From: Raillietiella orientalis
Taxonomy: Eukaryota
Length of the DNA stretch: 64,000 nt
Assembly: GCA_036172245.1 (NCBI GenBank)
Contig: JAYWIR010000046.1
Coordinates: 930,001-994,000 of the forward strand
Reading direction: 5' to 3'
Shown here piece after piece: positions 41,201 to 51,549 of the stretch. The translations under genes and the position numbers were made by a program. The notes beneath the pieces were generated by a model that made no database searches, was not told where the DNA came from, and was given only the letters and a program-made list of their open reading frames with translations. Position 1 is the first letter of the stretch, and every line of letters starts with the position of its first letter.

Positions 41201-42637
41201 GTTACAAACCGTTAAGGGATGAATGCCAGTGAATTTTAAAATGGATTAAAAATAGAAGCGGTGGAACGGGAATCGCGAGTAGACCCGTTTGAGGGGGCGC
41301 ACGTCGTGTGGAAGCGCTCGTTGCACAAACTCGGCTGGCAGAGCGTGGCTTAAATTTATGTGCTGCATTTTTATTCTGACCTTCAAAAGGACGTGGAACT
41401 TTGTCCTTTCCGCAGCTGGCAACTGCAATCCTCGATTCGATTGGGAAAATCCTTTCTTCGTTCGCACCGGGCGGAAAAATACTCACTAACCTGCACAACC
41501 TATAAGGTTGTGTTCTTGTCGAGTCGAGTCTCTTCATCGTTCGGGCAAAACTGTTTTTCGGGCTCCGTTGGGTAAGTTTGTTTTCCAGCCTGAGAGCGCT
41601 AGCACGGCGCTCTCCGTTTAGTCTATGCGAACCGTCAACCTAGCGTGCATCTAATAAACAATCGTAGAAAAAAACAGCTGTCTAACCTTCGGGTTGCGTT
41701 TCTACTAATAATAATGACGGAACGAACGATGCAATGTTTTTTTTTTTTGTTGTTTTTGCTGTTCCAAGACGAAAGGCTAACAACCTCGGAAACAAAGGTG
41801 CAGCACGGTTCAACTTCCACACAACGGCTTCCTGGTTCTCGTTTTTTCGGAATTTTTCCCCGCCCTTCATCACGTGACTCTCGGGTCGAATATTCGGCGC
41901 TAAGTTTCCACTTGTGCCATAACCGACCGATTCCCACGTTGGGCTTATCGTTAGCAAGAAAGTAAGTGGATTGGTGCTTAGGTGTATTAGACACCCTTAT
42001 TCCTTCCCAAAGCCAGGCAGATCAGCGTCAAAAGATCCCAGGTTCACTCGCGAAAAATCCTCTACTTCCAGCGTGAAACCTTCAGCAGTGTCGGATTTGA
42101 GCAAACCTCAAGAAGGAATGAGGTCGAGATGAGACAAGCAGGGCGGTCGTAATTCAGTTCACGCAATTTCGCAATCAGCTCTGTTCGTGTACCGGGACAA
42201 AAGTCTTGGTACAAGCACTCATCTTAAAGGAACACGGCAACGCGGACAAAACACATCGTACCTTAGGCGTATACACATTCAGGCATAGGCAGTTCTCGTC
42301 CCCGACTGTTTTCTCGGAATTGATGTCGTACTGAGGGCAGATATGACCATCCTGAGTAGCGTCCAGGATTCCTTCCCAAGGATCGATCGGAATTGGAGGC
42401 TGTGGGATCTCGTAATGAGAGGGCAGAGGGTACATCACTAGTTACCTTAAATCTCAGATCTCGGAATGGCGGTTTCGCATAATAAATGCCTTTGAAAGAC
42501 CAGTACGTTAGTCCTTTGTCAGTTGTGGTCCTCGATCCTCGTAACATGCCTGCTTTCGTTGCAACCACATCTGGTAATTCTTCGTCACAAATACCAAAGG
42601 ATAAGATAAAACACGAGAAAAGGACCCTGATGGCCAT
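35204..42637 (-). CDS. Type-B carboxylesterase family protein, predicted non-catalytic and ER-retained
   Basis: Signal peptide [105 protein letters not shown]-terminal RTEL*. Exons include 42446-42637, 42262-42399, 40434-40581, 40197-40382, 36362-36552, 36130-36280, 35876-36063, 35683-35830 and 35204-35408. Confidence 0.9.
37560..37584 (+). repeat. Poly(A) tract in esterase intron
   Basis: Run of about 25 A; possibly a retroposon tail, but no head or TSD was recognised. Confidence 0.8.
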
Positions 42638-43449
42638 ACCATTAAGACGCTGATGCTGAACTTACTACAATCTGTCTGCTTGAGAGATCACTTGTGTGCT
42701 GTAAAGTGCAACTTGCGGATTCCGTCCAGGAGGAGGTCATCGATCTTTTTGCCATAAGCATTGGCTTTTCTCGTTTCGCCGCATGGTTCTGCTCTCCACG
42801 AAGGTAACGTTTACCTAGCGCCGTTACGAAAAGACGAACCCCGAGAAAAAGATTTCTCCTTACTTTCTGCAAGGAGTTGCTGAGCAGACAACAGTTTATC
42901 GTGCAATACTTCATTGGGTGGTCGGCAAATTCATGATAGAGGGAAGGATCAGAGCATGTTCTCAATGCAAATCCATTGCAGAAGTTCTGTTTGCAATTTT
43001 GTTCTGTTTCTCTCTTTTCCTCTCGATTTTTCTCTCCGTATCTATTCGAGTCGAGAATTTCCACAGGACTTTTAGCATTCTCCTTGTATTCAACATGCTC
43101 TGAAACCTGGATCCGGCTCTACGGTACGGATAAAGTTGCCATAAGGCAGGAGGGCAGTTGCTTCCTGGAAGCTGCATAGTCCCCCTGAGCTCTCGGAAGG
43201 AGTATGTGCTGTATGAACTTTCCTGAGAGAAGAAATCGGCACACAGTGTCATCCTGAAATCAAACACCGAACTATACTCAGCTGGCAATCGTCTACTTTC
43301 TGTGCTGTCGTCTAACTTCCTCCTCACACACATTTCTTGCAATGCAGTTTTCACATTTCCATTTCTAAACTGTCACTTTCCAGTTAGTATTTGTCCGATT
43401 ATGATTTGGAGTAGCACATGAAAACAACCGTCGGCCTTGGTTCTAAGTA

Positions 43450-46400
43450 AGGGCTTTTGCTTCCAGAAGCGACTGGAAATCTTGCTTTTTCTCATGTTTT
43501 ACCTTGTTGTATCCTATATTTCTTGTCTGGATCGAGGTGTTGTTGAAAGCCGTTCCGGAAGATCCTATTTAAGTACTTTCTGATTATTTATAGATTCTTC
43601 GCCAATGCTTTGTGAACAAGCTTTGCTGATTCTAATTCGTCATAGAAGCCACTACGAACTGGAATGATTTAGGAATTTGATGAGGTGAAATCACTAACTT
43701 GGAGTGTGTTGAGCCTTCACTTGGAACGGGAGGTGAATTAACCCCGAGGAACAAATCTGAAGTGTTCCAACGACAATTTCAAAATCCAAAGGAGGATATG
43801 GTCAGGAAAGTGGAGAATCCCATTGATGAATTTAGGCACCAAGGCATGCCGCATGATTCGGTGCTGGCATTACCTGACTGCTGTGATGAATCCTCGAATT
43901 GTATGCAAGGCAAATGAATATCAATCCCTGTACTCAAATCAGATCAATCTTAGTTACTTCTACGATGTGTCTGAATGATTGTTTCAGTTCCATTGCATAG
44001 AGTTTAGCTTCTTCTCCAATTTTTAGGAGAATGAAAATGTAAAAAGGACTCCTATTTTTTGTGAAGCTGAACCAATAAGAACCTGAAAAAGTCGTGCCTG
44101 TAAATCGAATGTTTCAAGAAGCAACATGCTGGTGGAGGAAGGAATGCGAACAGGGAAAAGGAGCTACATGTAGTTTTTGTTTGCATGCTCATATTTATTG
44201 AAATCAATGGAGAGAAACTGCATTCGGAGTGCTCCAAAAAGCTTCTCCGGCCGGCTTTGGAAGTGTCGAGGTTTTAAAAGGAATGATCACATTTCAAGCA
44301 TCACATTGAAGATGCTATGGGACCAAGAGGATGTACTTTAAGCAGGTCTTTGATCTACGATTACTTGTCCCAAGGGAATGTAGAAGATGGTGACAGAAAT
44401 TTTTCGGGCAAGATCATCGGCTACTAGCGAAAAGATTTTCTTTATGAGATGCTCAGGGGTGATCGTTACCAATTCTTGCAACCTTTTTCTCACGCTCGAA
44501 TGGGAAATACGAAGTCCCCTTTTTCCATTTGTCTTACAAATTTATTGGAAAGTGGGTTTCAAATAAGTAAGCAACACTGCTTTGAACAATTCGAACTTCA
44601 GTGGAAAACGGAAAATCCTGGATTTGGGGAAGGGAATCTGCTTCTGGAACCTCTCCTTAGATTCTTTTGTCATTTATTTCCCAGTAATATGTCTTTTACT
44701 CTATGAAACCTCGACTTTTCTCGGCACTAGTACCAATCCCAACGAATGCATCAATGCACCAACCCGTTATTCTGAGCATTCGAAGCAGTCCATCAGTGTC
44801 TGTGTCGACTGAATAATCTAATTGCAATTAAACACGCTAGGCGCGATTTGAGTCCAGTCTACCACAACATTTCCGATCTCATTTGTGATTCTGATCTAGA
44901 AAATTTTCGTTTTTTGGTTTCCCAGAGCCTATCTGTAGGTATTCACCGTGAGGAAGATTCATCAGGTAGATTTCCCGAACACGAGCAGCATCGCTTTACT
45001 TGGCTGAGAACGGAGCATCTCTCTCTCCCTTTCTCTCTAAATACCGTGATTCGGTCGCATCAAATCAAAGTACTGATTAAGGTGCGTTTTCAAGGGTACA
45101 CGATATGTGCTCTGGTGAAACATCGAGCCGGGATGTCGTCACGTTTCTTCACGCAATGGAACCGACCTAAAAATCTCGTGTCGGTTAAAAACCTTTCAAG
45201 GTGCGGGACTGCTGCTACCTTGCCCTTGCACAAAGCAGTGGATTACTCAAGCATTCTGGTTTCATCCGTTTCTCAAAAAGTGATCCATAAAGGTTGCGGT
45301 TTCGACAGAAGCTGCATTGCATCCGGTAGAGCAATTCCTTTCTGGAGCGAAAATGACAACCTTTTCCGCCCCCTCTGTGAGTTCTTGGAACAAACAAACA
45401 CACAATGGGGGGGGGGGGCACAACATAGCTATTGTAAAAGTCTACCACGTATCCTATCAGAAGAAATCAAGATTATTCGTCTACAATAATGCAGAAGAGA
45501 TTCAATATTCTACTTAATACTATAGACCGAAAAACGCATGCAATTCATAATGAAGATATTAGAAGAGTTTTCACTGGGTATTCAAGAGAAATTGGATTAG
45601 ATTTTAGATTAGATTTAGACTCTTTAGGCTTTTATAACCCAAATGCTGCCACGTGCTTATACAATACCATTAATACCAATAAAATAAGCAGTTTTATCAG
45701 TACGTAACTCTTGCATAGCTGTTTAGGCCATCAGGTGTAAACACAGCTTGCATCACAGCATGCGTAGCTGTGGAAAAGTTTTACTATTGGTCTGAACGGC
45801 CTCCAGTACCACATACTGCCGCGTCGTGCTCGCTAGGTTCGGCACCAGTAGTAGTTGGCACGTCATCTGGCTTTTTATTCCGTCTTTTCCTTCACTACAG
45901 CACCGTCTTCGCCCTCTGCTAACTGACTCAAGCTATGGCTTCAACCATCTGATAGCAAAGTGCTTTTAGCGGCCTCTCAAAGGCAACCCTCTCCGCTCAA
46001 CAAGCACACTGCACCGGCATCTCTGTACCAAGCGTCAGCTGCGGATGCAGATTTATATGGCTGGACCACAGTCAAGGGAGAAATTTAATCAGTATCTGCT
46101 AGAGCAGATAAAAAAGTTCATGGTCGCGCATGCTTACTCTTCCACCTCTTATTCGCAAAAAGCTCACACCGAATTCCTTGCAGATTCCACATTAGCTAAT
46201 CCAATCCAATGCAGCAAAGAGGACTTGAGGAGTCATTTCGGTGGTCCCTCTGTTTGCAATACCACGGCATCACTTCGGTGCCCCAGTTTGCAGTCTGTAC
46301 GAGAGATAGAAGTTTGCCGACCTTTGACGGATTTCTTATTCTCTCGCAGCACGAATAAAGAACGAAGCATGCTTGAGAGTCAAGAAGGAGAATGCTTTCC

Positions 46401-47560
46401 GATGTCACGCTTGCAATTAACCGAAATTTGTAGACAAGAGTGAAAGAGTGTATTTGTTTTTGCTGTACAGAGACGATGAATTGTACTCTAAAAAAAAAGA
46501 GAGAGAGAGGACCAATCAGAAAGTGAAGCACTTTGCCAGAGAACACTAAAGAGATCCTTCTTATTGCCATCAGCCGCAGTCCCTCCTTAATCCTTGCTTC
46601 CTTCTCGCCATTCGTAACCTGAAGATGTAACTTCTCAGTCTCGCCAATCGAGTCTCTCCGAAGATTATTTCAGAAGTCCATCGAGGCGGGGTACTTCCGC
46701 AAGGTAATTCTGTGTTTCCATGGAGAGTGCGCCGAAACTTTCAAAAGTGCGAGCGAAATTTAGAGTTGCAGCGATCCCATTTCGGCGACAATCTTCAGTG
46801 AGGTGCTCCCGTTGATTTCTGCAGCTGTCGGCGAAATTCGACTGGCGGGTATTTCCTCCTGATGCGCGGGAACCTGGGCTCTGTCTCTTCCTCCTTCTTC
46901 ACCGGGTAACTGTTGTTGTTGTGCATTCGTGACCTGGGTTTGACTGCCTGCCGAGAAGCCACGACCACCACCACCACGGAGAACTGCGATTTTTCCATCG
47001 ACAACCTTCCTCTTCCGTTTAAGAGTGCGACCGAAGCAGCGAGTGAGCCGCTGCCACCAACCTCTTCGGATTCATGGATTCGGAGTTGACCGAATCTCTC
47101 CGTGGTCCCCAGATTTGTGAAAAGACAGACTTTGTAGGGACAGATCTTCGGTGATTCACCACTGGAGGCTGTAGGTAGTGATCACTGAACCGGAAATGAA
47201 AGAAAAACGAGTGGTGATGATCGAGGACTGAAAAGTGCTTGTGTTTCCATTCGGAACAGTTTTCAGTGAGGTGGTGTCCAGTGGTGATGAGGTGGCACCG
47301 GATAAAACAAAATTTTTTTGTCTTTTCGGTTGCTCGAGGAGGAAGGGATTTTTCTTTTTTTTCAGCAGCCTGAGTGCGTGGACCCAACTTTATTGGAGAT
47401 GGCTGACTGGTGCATCCGATCTGGTGGAGGCAGTTTCTGAGACGGTGCTGAAGTGGTCTCGTGATAGAGTGCACTGTGGACCTGTCACATCACCGGCCGA
47501 AACAGAAACCTCGAATTTGCACGTCGATCACGATGAACAGATCTTCGCGGGTTACCAGGA
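43450..47560 (-). mobile_element. Decayed DIRS-like tyrosine-recombinase retrotransposon (M1)
   Basis: Motifs appear in canonical order on -. Gag-like YLAEVPRLDGLLK (~46700); RT LCKGKVAAVP...RFHCVKKRDD (~45230-45135) and LMHSLGLVL (~44740); RNase H ISVTIFYIP (~44385); MT LFAFLPP (~44140); YR TIRGFITAV...LVPKFINGIL (~43860), QVSDF, RKYLNR (~43570). Many stops and frameshifts. Confidence 0.65.
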
Positions 47561-47869
47561 AACACGCCAAAGCAACTCTAATGACTGCATTACTAATACC
47601 TTGATTGTTCAGTACTCATCGGAAATTGGAGAGAGATCGTCAAAGACATGTCTTTTACATTGCCTTTTGCCCCTGAGGAACCCAGCAAGACATTTTCTGT
47701 GAGGGTGTTCCAAAATGCCGATCCCCCTAATGTCCTGCTCTGCAATTGTAACACGTCCGGAATGCTCCTCCCTATCCGCATGCGCTTCAGAGGGAAAAGG
47801 ATCACTTCCTTCTGTGGTGAAAAGGGGCGTGCAACCAGAAAACCGGTTCCATCCATTACAAATTCTTTC

Positions 47870-48880
47870 TAACTTCCTTTAGGAAGAAGCTTTCGGCGCC
47901 AAGGGGTGGGCCGCCTACCGGTGGGCGGACCCATGGGAAACCGTGCCGAGACGCTCTTTTCTGCAGCAAAATTCCGGCCGTTTGGAAACCATTTCGAAAC
48001 GGAGGCCCCCAGTTCCGGGTCCTCGAAATTTTCTTTATCTTTCAAGACCGGCAGCGACCTCACAAGGAGGTCGTTACTTTGGGACCAGGATGACGGGAAA
48101 TCCCTTTGGGTTCTTTCATTTCGCTGTTTCCCTTCCAGCTTGTTTGTTAAGAACTCGGTAACCATCCGCTCTCGGGGCTCACGCCACCCAAGGGTGCGTG
48201 TGGGATAGCTCTTCAAGTCAGGAGGGACCCCAGGAGGGGATCACCCTTTGAGCCCAGGAGGGGCCACCGGAGGGAGGGGTCCGTTCCCCTCACGCTTGGT
48301 AGGGGAACCCTCCAGCCTGGTTGTCTTCGAAGGGAACCCCTTTATCCTTATTCTCTACGGAGGGGTTCCCAGGAGATCACTCCATTATTTCTTCTCCGTG
48401 GAGAACCCGGAAAGGGTCCCTTCTTGTTACTCCTCTGAAGAGAACCCCGAGGGGACGCTTCTTGCACTCTGGAGAGGCATCCCCCGAGGGGGATATCAAC
48501 CAGCTCCATAGTGCGAGGCTCCATTTTCACAAGAGAAGGGCTCCTTGATCCCCAGAAGGACCCCGGAGGGTCAACTTCCGATCCCAGCTAGTCAACGGGG
48601 GCATTTCCGGTATCCGGCTTCTTCCGATGCCGAAGGCCAAGCAGCAGCATCCCGAGGGGGAACTCGAAACCCACGACGCACTTGTTCTCGACTATCGATC
48701 CTCCACGTCGGGATTCCAATTCGCAACGCTTGGTGCCACCAAGCGCGGAGACGGCAGCCACCCGGCCGCCAGCAAGCACAATCTCGAAATTCTGTCGGGA
48801 GCAGCGAGTCTCCTTAAGAGGAACCAAGCTACTCCAGAACCAAAGAGGAACCGAGATCCTGGGGCGAGCTGTCCCTCTCA
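47870..48880 (-). repeat. Hairpin-rich leader repeat, copy 1 (upstream of M1)
   Basis: 48183-48620 is homologous in reverse complement to 51020-51545, and 48290-48775 to 54690-55205. It contains many short GC stems, e.g. GGGAACCCCT/AGGGGTTCCC (48332-48370), CGACCTC/GAGGTCG (48055-48073) and CGCTTGGT/ACCAAGCG (~48727-48745). Confidence 0.8.
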
Positions 48881-49329
48881 GGCGTTCATCTTGATCTCTG
48901 GCCTGAAGGCAAGAGGAAGAGAAGAAGAAGGAAGCTCAAAAGGAAGCCCTTGTTCGTTCTTTCTGCAGCAAATCTTCATGCCTCGGTAGATGTGAGTTCC
49001 TAGACTGGGTCGGGGAGGGGGGATTCGGACTCCTGTGCTTCCCGGCTGCAGCCACGCAAGGGCAGATGCCCTTTCTGAGTAGATGCCGAAGAACGAGCCA
49101 ACTTTCTGCTGTGGTTGTTGCAAGTCAAGAACGCTCTCGAGGACACGAGACAACACACTCGTGGGCTGGATGCCTCTCCTATAAAAGATTCCATGCAGCA
49201 TTTGAGGGTTTCTGTACCACAAGTCAGTACTCAAATTTGTATTTATCAAAAAAAAATCTTAAAAAAATGTAGCAAAAAAAATGGAATAAAAAAAAAAAAT
49301 CGATCGTGGATGCGACGTCTCGTAAGTGA

Positions 49330-50237
49330 TCACTGGTGAGAGGCGTCTTGACGCTTCTGACACGCTCCGCGCCGCCGCCTACCGGTGAGCGTTTTGGGTG
49401 GTGGCATCCTTTGTTCCATGGCGCCTGCCTGGGAATGACCGCCCCTCGAATGTGCCGGAGGGGGAGGAAGAGGAGGCGGTACCTCTGCGAGACTCAGTTT
49501 CGGCGTTTTCAGTCTGTGCTTATGATGGGGTACACGGAGAAGACCATGTGTTTCTCCTGCTCGCGTAGGGCGCGTATGAGATGGTCCAAGAAGTTCGTCT
49601 GACTCAGGTCCCGCCTCATCCTCGAGCACTCCTGGAAGATTCTCTCCCCGCAGGCTTCCTCGAAGGCGCAGGCTTTTCTGATACTCCTGACCTCAGCTCT
49701 GAGGAGCTCCGACTCCTTCTCCAGCTCCCTGAGCCTCCCGTGTATGAAGGAAAAATCCCTGAGGAGTTCGGTGCACTCCTTTTCCTCGCTCTCCGTCAGG
49801 AAGGAGTCGTGCTCGGCCTCCTTCAGGAGCTGCTCCCTTGTTGGGACGCGCCGAGGGCTGGGTAGTCGCCGCGCCACCTGCCGCGCCGCTCCTTCCGCCA
49901 GCCGCAGGCGCGGCCCGCACTCGCGTCCCGGACTCTCCTCCGGCCCAAGAGTGCCTCGCTGGGGCTTCTCGAAGCGCAGGTTTTCCTGGCTGCGCGTGGG
50001 GCGCAGGGGAGCGCCCCTTTCCGCCCCGGGGAACCCGGATTGCGTCAGCCTGCTCCGGGAAGGCGGTTTCCTCCTCGGCCCGATTTTGCCACCGCGCACG
50101 CACGCGCCTCCGAGGAAGGGCCACGAGGCTGACCTGGCCTGCCCCCTCATGCTCCAACTCGGCGACTGCGGCGAACAACGGGCAAGCCCCTCTTCGAAAG
50201 CCTCCGCCTCCATTATTGCCGGAAGACCTTCCAACAA
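49330..50237 (-). other. GC-rich orphan ORF with predicted coiled coil
   Basis: 242-aa open frame with amphipathic RLRELEKESELLRAEVRSIRK and a possible frameshifted Pro-rich tail to 49330. No family recognised; the start is non-ATG. Confidence 0.3.
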
Positions 50238-50900
50238 TGGAGAGTGCTCGGTTTCGATCGCTTCCTAGGCGCGGCGCGCTCTCTTTCTGCCACAGGTGGT
50301 CCAAGAGAACGGGTCGAACAGGCCGGTCGAGTCCCCTCGCTTCCCTCCTCGGAGGCGCGGAAACATTTTCCCCTCGAGCGTTCCGCGAGCGGCCCGAGGA
50401 GGCGGCGAAGAGCCACCTGCCAAGTGGGGAGCGCGCGCTCCTGCCGCGCAGCTGCCGCCGAACGCGGCTCGTCTGTGGGAAGAAGCATTGCCTGGACTAG
50501 TCCAACTCCAGCTCGGGTAGTTGATCGGTGGCCGCTCCGCGCTCCGAGAGATTCCTGCCTTTTGCCCCTCCTCCCTCGTCCGAGTCCTGCGTGAACTTCA
50601 GACAGAGCCCCAGAAGTTCCAAATGCCCACAGCGCTTATCGCGAACAGTGGACATCAATGGGGTTCTGGGTCCCACCAAGTTCGCACATCCGGAAGAGTA
50701 CATGCCGGACGGCTTCCCGGCGCTGTCCAGAGAGGTGCATATGGGGCTGACGAGAAAGGAAAATAAAAAATAGAAATAGTTCGATGATTGTTTTCACGCT
50801 CCACGTCCAAGAAAGGGATTGCAGATATTGGCCGGGATATGAAGGATACGGACCAATTCCTCTTTGTGTCTTCTCAGGCAGATCATCCCTCGCTCGTCTC

Positions 50901-51545
50901 GAGGCGAAGGTCATGGTGGGGACGGTGCCTCTATCGCCCTGCCCTCTCTCGGAGGGTTCCGTACCGCGACTGCTACGCGGAAGGCAGCTTTCGCCTCGCA
51001 CGAAGAGGTGAGTTAAAACGCCATCCGAGGAAACCGGGATGCCCTGGAAGCTGGGACCTTGGAAGGAAGTTGGAAGAGTCCTTCTAGGAATCAGGGAGTC
51101 CGTTCCCTTCGGAGTTCCCCCATGGTTGTAAGGAAATGGAGCCGTCCTTTCCTCCCCCTTGGGGAGGTCCCCCTTCATCTCGTACCATGGAGCTGGTGGA
51201 CTGATAACTCTCCAGAGTGTGAAGTGCGCTGCTCCCTTTGGGAGCGACCTATCCTCCAAAGAAAGTCGGGAAGCGTTCCTTCGGGGTTCTCCTCAGAAGA
51301 GCAGCAAGAAGCGGTTCCCTTGAGGGGTTCCCTCCGGAGAAGAAATAATGGAGTGACCTTCCCCGGGGAACCCCTCCGTAGAGAATAAGGATAAAGAGGT
51401 TCCCTTCGAAGAAAACCAGTCTGGAGGGTTCCCCTACCAAGCGTGAGAGGAACGGATTCCTCCCTCTGGAGGCCCTCCCGGGTGATCCCCTCCCGGGGCC
51501 TCTCCTGACTTGCAGAGATATCCCCCACGCACCCTCGGGTGGCAT
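50901..51545 (+). repeat. Hairpin-rich leader repeat, copy 2 (upstream of P1)
   Basis: Shared core GGGAACCCCTCCGTAGAGAATAAGGATAAAG...CCTACCAAGCGTGAG. Stems CCTCCCC/GGGGAGG, GCTCCC/GGGAGC and TTCCCCGGGGAA. Its 5' domain (50901-51010) differs in sequence from copies 1 and 3. Confidence 0.8.
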
Positions 51546-51549
51546 GGAA

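Noticed and set aside
48945..49015. GRF-type zinc finger (RSFCSKSSCLGRCEFLDW)
   Set aside because: The N-terminal CxC and GR motifs are missing; too short to call.
48183..51545. Single TIR DNA transposon bounded by the inverted 48 kb and 51 kb repeats
   Set aside because: The arms are diverged with indels, there is no TSD or transposase, a third copy exists, and each copy leads outward into its own DIRS-like body.
48183..51545. Endogenous deltavirus or viroid-like rod genome
   Set aside because: The central ~2.4 kb is not self-complementary, no HDV ribozyme core was found, and the coiled-coil likeness to delta antigen is generic.
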